The notes beneath the pieces are model-generated. The model did no database searches. It saw only the letters and a list, made by a program, of their open reading frames with translations, and was not told where the DNA came from. From positions 1-35,166 of the forward strand of contig MVCW01000002.1 of NCBI GenBank assembly GCA_002049895.1: a stretch of DNA of 35,166 bases, in the 5' to 3' direction. The translations under genes were made by a program, and so were the position numbers. Of the stretch, positions 16,601 to 24,439 are shown piece after piece (within the stretch, counting starts at the first letter, position 1; each line of letters opens with the position of its first letter). The DNA comes from Candidatus Omnitrophica bacterium 4484_171. GTDB taxonomy: Bacteria; Omnitrophota; Gorgyraeia; Duberdicusellales; 4484-171.

Positions 16601-18321
16601 TACTTATAAACTCTTTCTACAAACGTTACCCTCATTACTTCTTCCATAGAAGTAACTTTATCCAGAGCTTTCTTGATGCCGGATGCTTTTAATGTATTCA
16701 TCCCTCTGGATACGGCCAATTCAGTAATTTCAGGTTCATTGGCTCTTTTTAAAACTAATTCCTGGATACCTTCTTCTACCATTAAAATTTCAAATATGCC
16801 TACTCTGCCTTTGTACCCTAGACCATGGCATTTCTCGCATCCTGACGGTTTAGCCAAAATTAACTCATTGGCAGAAGAGGGAATCAAGGGGGCTATTTTA
16901 TTTTTTATCTCTTCAGACACAACACTCTCTTTTCTGCAGAAAGGACACAACTTTCTCACAAGACGCTGGGCAATAACCCCTTTTACGGAAGAAGCAATAA
17001 GAAACGGTTCCACATTCATATCCAAAAGCCTGGTAATCGCGCCGGGAGCACTGTTGGTATGCAAAGTAGACAGCACTAAATGTCCCGTTAAAGCTGCCTG
17101 AATAGCAATCTCGGCAGTCTCTAAATCTCTTATTTCCCCAATCATTATTACGTCGGGGTCCTGCCTTAGAATATGCCTGATAGCCGTAGCAAAGGTATAA
17201 CCCGCACGTACATTTATAGCAGTTTGATTCACACCATCCATCTCATACTCTACGGGGTCCTCTACGGTAACGATACTGCGAGAAGAATCATTTAATATAT
17301 TAAGCATAGAGTAAAGAGTCGTAGTCTTTCCGCTGCCTGTTGGTCCTGTAATCAAAATCATCCCATAGGGCTGGTGAATAAGGAATTCAATCATATCAAG
17401 CTCATTCTCATCCACCCCCAGTTTTTCCAAAGAAATAATTGCATTTTTCTTATCCAGAAGCCTTAACACCACTTTCTCTCCGAATATATCCGGAAGAGTA
17501 GAAACTCTCACGTCAAATTCACGGTCTCTTTTCCTCAAACTTATTCTTCCATCCTGAGGTTTCCTCCTTTCGGCGATATCCATTCCGGAAATAATCTTAA
17601 TACGCGATGTAACTCCCGGCTGAAGCTTCTTAGGAATAATCACTTTCTCATAGAGAATACCGTCTATACGGAAACGCACGCGTAAATTTTCTTTTTGCGG
17701 CTCAAAATGAATATCCGAAACCCCCTGCTCCATTGCTTCGGCAACAATAGAATTAACCAGTTTAATTACCGGCGCTTCCTCTGCCGCGGCGGCTTCAGCT
17801 TCCACAGACTCCTCTTTTTGTTGGGCGCTGGAAGTGTCAATGTCCGTAGCAATATCTTTTATAGCCTCCTGAGCTGAATGCATAGGCCCATAGTATTTAT
17901 TGAGCAGAATTCCTATATCCTTAGAAACCGCCATCATCGGTTTTATCCTGCAGCCGCTTATATACCCCAATTCTCTGAACGCTGATATATTCAAGGGGTC
18001 ATTTGTAATTATAAAGAGGTTGTCATCCTGTATCTTAACAGGGACTATATTATACTTTTTAAGCAGTTCATAGGAGAATATTCTGAGAACATTCTCTTCT
18101 ATCTCTATTTTTAACGGATTCACAACCGGAAGAAGGTACTGCCGGGCTAACACCTCAATTATCTGCCTCTCTGCAACAAAACCTTTCTCTATCAACACCT
18201 CTCCCAGCTTTTTCTTGCTTTTCTTCTGCTCTTCCAAAGCTTCAGAGAGCTGGCTTCTGTCTATAATCCCATGGTTAAGCAGCAGCTCTCCCAATTTCAG
18301 GTTTCTATCTTTTTCTCCCAT
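16600..18321 (-). CDS. pilB: type IV pilus assembly ATPase (PilB/GspE family) with an MshEN-type N-terminal domain
   Basis: Walker A GPTGSGKTT, Asp/His boxes, tetracysteine CPFC...CEKC, and an N-terminal tandem KLGxxLLxxGxIxxxxLxxxLxxQ motif. Confidence 0.95.
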   Translation of the reverse strand: MGEKDRNLKLGELLLNHGIIDRSQLSEALEEQKKSKKKLGEVLIEKGFVAERQIIEVLARQYLLPVVNPLKIEIEENVLRIFSYELLKKYNIVPVKIQDDNLFIITNDPLNISAFRELGYISGCRIKPMMAVSKDIGILLNKYYGPMHSAQEAIKDIATDIDTSSAQQKEESVEAEAAAAEEAPVIKLVNSIVAEAMEQGVSDIHFEPQKENLRVRFRIDGILYEKVIIPKKLQPGVTSRIKIISGMDIAERRKPQDGRISLRKRDREFDVRVSTLPDIFGEKVVLRLLDKKNAIISLEKLGVDENELDMIEFLIHQPYGMILITGPTGSGKTTTLYSMLNILNDSSRSIVTVEDPVEYEMDGVNQTAINVRAGYTFATAIRHILRQDPDVIMIGEIRDLETAEIAIQAALTGHLVLSTLHTNSAPGAITRLLDMNVEPFLIASSVKGVIAQRLVRKLCPFCRKESVVSEEIKNKIAPLIPSSANELILAKPSGCEKCHGLGYKGRVGIFEILMVEEGIQELVLKRANEPEITELAVSRGMNTLKASGIKKALDKVTSMEEVMRVTFVERVYK

Positions 18322-18664
18322 TAGACTTTTTATCCTTCCATACTTTATAAATATAATCTAATATTTCGGCCTTGCCCGAAGCGTCTATTTCTTTTATCTT
18401 TAATCCCATTTCTACATCTCTATCGCCTGAGGATATCCAGATTATTTTTCCATGAATCAGCACAGGACTGTATCTGTTAGGAAGAAAAACTTTCAGCTCC
18501 ACACTATTATCAGGAATGGAGTCATTGGAAGGAATTGAAACTCTTAAGCCCTCGCGGGAAAAATCTAAGGCTTGACCCCGCGAAGATAATGCTATATTGC
18601 CCTTTGCCGACAGCTCTACCCTCAAAGGGACATTGAAACGGATAAACTTCCTTCTTTTTTTCAT
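18305..18664 (-). CDS. PilZ domain protein
   Basis: 119 aa with RRKFIR (RRxxxR) at residues 4-9 and DFSREG (DxSxxG) at 34-39. Overlaps the pilB start by 17 nt. Confidence 0.85.
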   Translation of the reverse strand: MKKRRKFIRFNVPLRVELSAKGNIALSSRGQALDFSREGLRVSIPSNDSIPDNSVELKVFLPNRYSPVLIHGKIIWISSGDRDVEMGLKIKEIDASGKAEILDYIYKVWKDKKSNGRKR

Positions 18665-18705
18665 AACCTATACGGCTTTAATATCATAGGCCATTTACCG
18701 TTTCA

Positions 18706-18734
18706 ATATTATCATAAAATAATTAAATTTACAA
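18706..18734 (-). promoter_or_regulatory. candidate promoter of the PilZ-pilB... operon
   Basis: Minus strand reads TTGTAA (18734..18729), a 17-nt spacer, then TGaTAATAT (hexamer at 18711..18706), about 40 nt upstream of the PilZ ATG. Confidence 0.4.
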
Positions 18735-18866
18735 CCAAATAACCCTTCCGGCAGTATAAACAGAAACATATAATCACCTCTCTATTCTATGTAAATGCAG
18801 ATAAAAATTGGCAAAAATAGCATATCAATAAGAAACCTCTTCTTTCCTGCAAAAGCAGATAAATGT

Positions 18867-19165
18867 TTAAACATTCGTAAGAGAAGAGGCGTTGCGGGAA
18901 AATATATTTTCTTTTAAACGGCGAGGTATACCGATATTATTCAGCGCATTTATGTCTTTTCTCTGGTCAATGAGGGGAAAATCCGTCCCAAAAAGTATTT
19001 TATCCTCAGGGCGGCCGCTGATAAAAGGTGCAATCTCATCTTTAGGAAGATAATCAAAGAAAAAATCGGTATCTAAGTAAATATTTTTGCCTAAAAGGTG
19101 TTTTTTTACTTCATCCCGCATCCTAAAACCTCCAAAATGGGCGGCAATAACCTTAAGATGGGAAA
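18867..19165 (-). pseudogene. amidohydrolase-family gene, C-terminal ~100 codons only, truncated by the IS
   Basis: The frame stays open above the ORF-track Met: ...KFSHLKVIAAHFGGFRMRDEV...KILFGTDFPLID. These are the metal-dependent hydrolase motifs (aH-x-GG, fGtDfP). The frame runs directly into the IS inverted repeat, and no N-terminal half lies beyond the IS. Confidence 0.6.
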
Positions 19166-20584
19166 ATTTCGGTTCTTTCGTAATTAATGTGCGTACCTCC
19201 TAGGGATTTAGTAATCCACGGTGTTGGTGAATCTTTAGCTTGAAGTAGTCTATGTCCTTATACCCATAGGCCATACGTTTGAGACGTTTGATTTTGTTGT
19301 TGATGCCTTCCGATATAGCCGAGCTGATTTTCTTTCTGAACCAGTTGATAATATACTGTATTTTCTCCGGGAAACTTTCAGCTATCTTTCTAAACACGCT
19401 TAGGGAACTGGTTAAGGCGTCTTTAATTCAGCCTCGAAGATATCCTTCGGCTCTAGCGAGATCTTCTTTATAATCGTAAACCTCTAAAAAGCTCTCTTTT
19501 AATAACATCGCTTTGTAGATAGGCTCATTAATCCTACACAACCTCTCTAGATGAGAAGCATGAGAAGCCTGCTTTGGGGTAAGCTTATCTTTCCTTCTCA
19601 AAAGAACAAATCTCTGCCGGCAATGCATTAGTTCAATTAATTCCTTATTCTCATCCCTCCCTGCCTTACGTAATTCTTGTTTCCCAATCATATCTACTGC
19701 CCAGTTTAGCTTCTGTATCACACAGAACTTGTCATAAACTATCAGAGCGTTAACTGCATATTGACTACCAGAGCTTATGTAATTGCGTGCCCCATCTAAG
19801 GCTGCCGACTCTATTCTTGAACAATTATCTTCGCCTATACCAGTATAATATCCGGCCAATACCTCCTTTCTTCTGCCTCTATCATTCCAAATAACAGCTT
19901 TTATGTCCGTATCTACCACGTTAGTTAAATAACGATGACTTTACGATAGCTTACTTCATCAATGCTTAAGTTTATCGCTGCTGGCGGGGGCGCCAACTCT
20001 TTAGCATATCGCTAGCATATCGCTCATCCAAAACCTCTTTATCTATCCGATAGATCACCTCATCATCCAGCCCCAAAAACCATCCTGTCTCTTGATTGGT
20101 GATTATCGCTGTCAATCAGTTTACCTTCTCAACAAACCGCCTGGTTACTCTAGCCCATTTCTTCAGCCAGGAAATTTCCCCAATATAAATACGATTATCT
20201 ACGGAATATTTATATTTTCTCTTGATTACATGTAGATATACCCGCTTTTCAAATATCAGCAAATCTTCTGCTGCCGGCTCTTCCCATTCATGGTAACCAA
20301 TTTTGTGGACTTGCCCACATCCTGAACACACAAACCGCTTCCTTTTGTAAGGCTGCGGTTTTATGTGCATCTCTTTGTCTGTCTCTGATAAAATCCCTGT
20401 TATCTCTGGTATATTTAGTGCTTTTCTGATATTATATATTCGCATCGGTTACCTTCTGGTTAGTTGCTTTTTACTAACCTAACTATACCAGGTTTTCTTT
20501 GGTAATCGATGCTTTTTTATTTCTCCATCCTTATTAATAACTTACATAAATTACTCCACATTATTTACGAATAACCCCTAAATT
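19165..20584 (-). mobile_element. ISL3-family insertion sequence, decayed copy
   Basis: Imperfect ~31-33 bp terminal inverted repeats: 19165-19195 aatttcggttctttcgtaattaatgtgcgta versus the reverse complement of 20553-20584 aatttaggggttattcgtaaataatgtggagta. They enclose ISL3-type transposase fragments. Boundaries are approximate, and I see no clear target-site duplication. Confidence 0.75.
19200..20445 (-). pseudogene. ISL3-family transposase, disrupted by two in-frame TGA codons, an 11-bp duplication and a 1-nt deletion
   Basis: The fragments cover zf-ISL3 (FVCSGCGQVH...RKYKY), the catalytic region (LSIDEVSYRK / SHRYLTNVVDTD, YDKFCVIQKLNWAVD) and the C-terminal GINNKIKRLKRMAYGYKDIDYFKLKI. 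Confidence 0.85.
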
Positions 20585-20594
20585 AGCTCTCCTG

Positions 20595-20633
20595 CTTAAC
20601 CCAAATAATGCGGTTAGTATTATTTGGGTTAAG
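20595..20633. repeat. perfect 15-bp inverted repeat with a 9-nt loop
   Basis: cttaacccaaataat (20595-20609) / attatttgggttaag (20619-20633), just outside the IS right end. Confidence 0.8.
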
Positions 20634-20649
20634 GTAATCGTTCATATCC

Positions 20650-20673
20650 ATCACCGGCGTGAACGCCGGTGAT
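20650..20673 (-). terminator. GC-rich hairpin downstream of yqeY (possible terminator, no clear U-tract)
   Basis: atcaccggcg-tgaa-cgccggtgat forms a perfect 10-bp stem, 35 nt after the yqeY stop. The T-run (tttct) lies on the plus-strand side only. Confidence 0.3.
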
Positions 20674-20707
20674 TTCTGCGTGACAATTGAAAAACGGTAT
20701 TATAGAA

Positions 20708-21160
20708 TTATAAAGATGACAGTTTTTGTCTTACAATCTCGCTTATTTTGCGGGAATCAGCTTTTCCGGAGGTTTTTGCCAGAACCTGTTTCATAACTTT
20801 ACCCATATCTTTTATTGATAACGCGCCAATCTCAAGAATAGATTCTTCTATTATCTTTAATATGCTTTCATCATCCAAAGGTTCAGGAAGATATTTCTCT
20901 AATACCGCGAGTTCATTATTAACGTTCTCTATCAATTCTTTTCTTGAGGAAGAAGATATACTCTCTTTAGTCTCCTCAAGACGCTTTTTTTGTTTATTCA
21001 ATACGCCAATAACCTCTGCATCATCCAATTTTTCTTTCTTTAAACTAATAGCTTTATTTTTCAATTCTGCGCGGATAAAGCTTAAGAAGTCTGACTTTGA
21101 CTTATCACGGGCCTTAAGCGCACCTACATAATCTTTGTATATTTTATCTTCTAATAACAT
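20708..21160 (-). CDS. yqeY: GatB/YqeY domain protein
   Basis: 150 aa. DYVGALKARDKSKSDFLSFIRAELKN...LEKYLPEPL...MGKVMKQVL is typical of YqeY. Confidence 0.85.
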   Translation of the reverse strand: MLLEDKIYKDYVGALKARDKSKSDFLSFIRAELKNKAISLKKEKLDDAEVIGVLNKQKKRLEETKESISSSSRKELIENVNNELAVLEKYLPEPLDDESILKIIEESILEIGALSIKDMGKVMKQVLAKTSGKADSRKISEIVRQKLSSL

Positions 21161-21204
21161 CGTTCCGCTATTATACCATACTTAAAAGCATACTCAAGTT
21201 ACAA

Positions 21205-22830
21205 TCAAGGAGAAAACTTATTAGTAATAGGCATGCGCCTGTCTCTGCCAAACGCCTTGGGCGTAATCTTTATACCCGGCGGAGCCTGGCGGCGTTTATA
21301 TTCATTTTTATCCACCATATTAATAACTTTCTTAACAAGGCTCCGCTTGATTCCTCTATTTACAATATCATCCAGATATAAATCTTCCTCAATATAAAGC
21401 CTCAGTATATCATCAAGAATATCATAAGAAGGAAGAGTATCGCTGTCTTTTTGGTTAAATCTTAGCTCGGCCGAAGGAGGCCTTTTTATAACCGAGAGCG
21501 GTATAATAATCCTGCGTACCTTTCTGTTTATGTAATTGGCAAGTTTATACACAAGAGTCTTCGGTATATCACTCAATACCCCAAACCCTCCTACCATATC
21601 ACCGTATAAAGTACAATAGCCGCAGGAAAGCTCGCTTTTATTGCCGGTATTAGCAACCAAATAACCAAACTTATTAGAAAAAGCCATAAGGATATTTCCT
21701 CTTATACGAGCCTGAATATTCTCCTCAGTTTTATCTGCAGGATAGCCTTTGAATAGCTCTTTAAGCGAATCCATATATGAATTGAATATGTTGTCAATGG
21801 GCACTATGGAACATTTTATCCCTAAATTCCTGCATATACGCAAAGCGTCACGAAAAGTACCTTTACTGGTATAGCGTGACGGCATAATAAGCGCATATAC
21901 ATTCCCTTTGCCCAAAGACAACGCGGCTAACGATACTACAACCGCCGAATCTATGCCTCCGCTTACACCGACAACAACTTTCTTAAACCCATTTTTCCTT
22001 ACATAATCCTTTATGCCCAGGGAAAGCGCCTCAAAAGAAGTTTCGGGCTGAGACTCCTGTGTTTCTTTCACGGCTTTTGCACGAAGGGGGAAATTGGAAA
22101 CCAATAAATCTTCCTCGAACCTTGCCGCGGCCTTTACTATTTTACCTTCGGGAGAAACCACCATGCTTTTACCGTCGAAAACAAGGCCGTCCTGGCCCCC
22201 GACGAGATTACAATAAAAAACAAAACATTTTGCCTGACGGGCAGTATAGGAAAGAATTTCTTTCCTTGTTGAAAGTTTACCCATGTGGAACGGAGAAGCG
22301 GAAACATTTATGATAAAATCCAGATTCTTATCCATAAGAAGCTTAACATAGTCTTTTCTCCATATGTCTTCACATATATTCACCGAGAAAGAATAGCCCT
22401 TGAAAGAATAAACAGATATGTCTCTCCCGGGCTTAAAGTACCTTTTCTCGTCAAAAACGCCGTAGTTGGGAAGATTGATTTTATTATATACATCTGATAT
22501 TTTACCTTTATGCATAAAAGCATAGGAATTATAAATATCCCCGCTATCATCAGAGCTGTTTACGAAACCAACAATAGCAATAATATCTTCTACCGTTTTA
22601 GCTATACTATTGATGGCATCTTTATTCTTCTTTATGAAATACTTCTTGTGAAGTAAATCCTGAGGCGGATAACCGACGAGCGCGAGTTCCGGGAATGCTA
22701 TTATATCTACTTTGTTCTTCCGTGCCTCTTGAATATGCTCTATAATACGGCGGGAATTACCTTCTATATCTCCTACCCAGAAATTATCTTGAGCTAAAGC
22801 GATTTTCACCATGACAGTCCTAATTGCCAC
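21205..22830 (-). CDS. nadE: glutamine-dependent NAD+ synthetase
   Basis: 541 aa. N-terminal CN-hydrolase domain (FPELALVGYPPQDLL, NICEDIW) and a C-terminal NAD synthetase domain with SGGIDSAVV. Confidence 0.93.
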   Translation of the reverse strand: MAIRTVMVKIALAQDNFWVGDIEGNSRRIIEHIQEARKNKVDIIAFPELALVGYPPQDLLHKKYFIKKNKDAINSIAKTVEDIIAIVGFVNSSDDSGDIYNSYAFMHKGKISDVYNKINLPNYGVFDEKRYFKPGRDISVYSFKGYSFSVNICEDIWRKDYVKLLMDKNLDFIINVSASPFHMGKLSTRKEILSYTARQAKCFVFYCNLVGGQDGLVFDGKSMVVSPEGKIVKAAARFEEDLLVSNFPLRAKAVKETQESQPETSFEALSLGIKDYVRKNGFKKVVVGVSGGIDSAVVVSLAALSLGKGNVYALIMPSRYTSKGTFRDALRICRNLGIKCSIVPIDNIFNSYMDSLKELFKGYPADKTEENIQARIRGNILMAFSNKFGYLVANTGNKSELSCGYCTLYGDMVGGFGVLSDIPKTLVYKLANYINRKVRRIIIPLSVIKRPPSAELRFNQKDSDTLPSYDILDDILRLYIEEDLYLDDIVNRGIKRSLVKKVINMVDKNEYKRRQAPPGIKITPKAFGRDRRMPITNKFSP

Positions 22831-23146
22831 TGGAGATGTGAGATAGGATAAACTTCTCTATCTCCATCTTGCTTATAGAACCAGTTTTCTTCCCGTAAGG
22901 AACTCCATCTTTGAAAATAATCAGGGAAGGAATGCTCATAACCATATAAGAAGATGCCAATTCCTGCGCTTCCTCAATATTAACTCTGACAAATTTCACT
23001 TTTCCTTCAAACGTTTGAGACAATTCTCTCAAGGCAGGTTCGACTTTCTTGCAGGGCACACACCACGGTGCCCAGAAATCAACAACCGCGGGAATTTCTG
23101 ACTTAAGGACTTCGGTATCAAAATTATCTATATCAACTTCAGACAT
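22820..23146 (-). CDS. trxA: thioredoxin (active site WCVPC)
   Basis: 108 aa. VVDFWAPWCVPCK and the conserved downstream IPSLIIFKDG. Confidence 0.9.
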   Translation of the reverse strand: MSEVDIDNFDTEVLKSEIPAVVDFWAPWCVPCKKVEPALRELSQTFEGKVKFVRVNIEEAQELASSYMVMSIPSLIIFKDGVPYGKKTGSISKMEIEKFILSHISSGN

Positions 23147-23188
23147 TACTATATTATATGCTTATGAGTATAAGTTTCAAATAAAAAG

Positions 23189-23941
23189 TTATTTTTTAAT
23201 CCGGCAAATTCTATTCCCTAGGATGATTGCCGTAATTATGGCAATAATCGATATCCACTGCGAAGTAGAAAATATCCACAAATACCCTCTGGGGTCACCG
23301 CGAAAAAATTCAATAATAAACCTAAACGTTCCATATAGGAAAAAATAAGAAATAAAAACCTGCCCCTCGAATTTCTTTTTCCTTCTTACATACAAAAGAA
23401 GTAAGAAGATAATGATTAGGAAAAACGCGGAAATAATCTGTGTTGGAATTACTTTTACTCCTGCGGCACCGGCAGGACTCGCCGGAGGGAATAACATCCC
23501 TATCCAGGAATTGGTGGGTTTTCCATAACAACAGCCATAAGAGAAACATCCCATTCTGCCAAAAGCGTGCCCTAAGGGTACATACAAAAAGATTATATCC
23601 GCTGCTTTAAGAAAATCCCACTTATATTTCTTAATAATCACACAGGAAGCGATGAAACCGCCGATTATACCTCCATAGAACACAAAGCCGCTGCGGGAAA
23701 ACGCTACATAGAAAGGATGTGCAATAAACAGCTTCCATTCGACTATAATGTATAGAAGGCGCGCTCCTAAAAATGCAAAAATAACCGTCCAGAAGAAAAG
23801 ATTAGAAAACTTATCTTTGTCCAGACCCAGACGGGCGGCGTCCCTGACAGAAAGCCAATAAGCAGCCGCGACTCCCATAAATACAAATGTCCCGTATGTA
23901 TAAACAGTTAAAGGGCCGATTTTAAAAAGTATCGGATGCAT
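23189..23941 (-). CDS. lgt: prolipoprotein diacylglyceryl transferase
   Basis: 250 aa, polytopic. Lgt pattern: PILFKIGPLTVYTYG, GARLLYI, GHAFGRMGCFSYGCCYG, PTQIISAF. Confidence 0.93.
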   Translation of the reverse strand: MHPILFKIGPLTVYTYGTFVFMGVAAAYWLSVRDAARLGLDKDKFSNLFFWTVIFAFLGARLLYIIVEWKLFIAHPFYVAFSRSGFVFYGGIIGGFIASCVIIKKYKWDFLKAADIIFLYVPLGHAFGRMGCFSYGCCYGKPTNSWIGMLFPPASPAGAAGVKVIPTQIISAFFLIIIFLLLLYVRRKKKFEGQVFISYFFLYGTFRFIIEFFRGDPRGYLWIFSTSQWISIIAIITAIILGNRICRIKK

Positions 23942-23947
23942 ATTGCC

Positions 23948-24439
23948 TCATTCTTTAGAAGCGGATTCCCGCGGATACCTACGCGGATATCCGCTTCTAT
24001 ATTTATATTCCAAAACGATATTCACCGGGCCGTCCATCGTTAAGTCTATATTCATATGTTCGCCGAATAATCCCGTCTGGACAATAATGCCTTTGGAACG
24101 CATAACAACAATAAACTTATCAAACATATCTTTTGCTTCAGACGGCGGCATAACATCCTCAAAAGACGGGCGGCGTCCTTTATAAACATTAGCACAGAGG
24201 GTAAAATTAGGGATGCATAAAATGTCGTAGTTTTTGTCCCTGACTGAATACCACATTTTACCATCTTTATTCTCAAATATTCTCAAATTAGAAATTTTAT
24301 CTGCCATCGCAGTCAACTCTGAGTCACCATCATCTTTTGAAAACCCCGCAAAAACAACAATACCATTATCTATAGAAGATGCGGGATTACTTTCAACTTT
24401 CACTTTTGCTTTACTAACTCTTATAACAAGTACTTTCAT
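23948..24439 (-). CDS. dtd: D-aminoacyl-tRNA deacylase with a repeat-encoded C-terminal tail
   Basis: MKVLVIRVSKAKVKV...VVFAGFSKDD...NLRIFE...NFTLCANVYKGRRPSF...DGPVNIVLE is the Dtd pattern. The last ~17 aa (RSGYPRRYPRESASKE) are read through repeat A1. Confidence 0.9.
   Translation of the reverse strand: MKVLVIRVSKAKVKVESNPASSIDNGIVVFAGFSKDDGDSELTAMADKISNLRIFENKDGKMWYSVRDKNYDILCIPNFTLCANVYKGRRPSFEDVMPPSEAKDMFDKFIVVMRSKGIIVQTGLFGEHMNIDLTMDGPVNIVLEYKYRSGYPRRYPRESASKE
23956..23999. repeat. GCGGA-word interrupted hairpin element, short copy (A1)
   Basis: tagaagcggat...atccgcttcta form an 11-bp outer stem (23956-66 / 23989-99), with an inner ccgcg/cgcgg stem. The first 30 nt differ at 2 positions from the left arm of the 25354-25440 copy. 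Confidence 0.9.

Noticed and set aside
19428-20118. The two in-frame TGA codons in the transposase as evidence for TGA recoding
   Set aside because: Ordinary genes in the window terminate at TGA (dtd, mrdA). The same ORF also carries an 11-bp duplication and a 1-nt deletion, so plain pseudogenisation is the simpler reading.
20585-20707. Missing N-terminal part of the amidohydrolase gene to the right of the IS
   Set aside because: All three minus-strand frames are short and show no HxH-type metal-binding opening. The segment is dominated by two hairpins.
22820-23146. Thioredoxin with a CVPC instead of CGPC active site
   Set aside because: It is real in the sequence, but variant CxxC dipeptides are common among thioredoxin-fold proteins. 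It is not distinctive enough to flag as a finding.
23322-23549. Small ORFs nested in lgt and dtd (23322-23549, 24052-24276) and in dnaE (3583-3768, 4369-4557)
   Set aside because: These are alternative frames of well-supported genes on the same strand, with no independent signals.
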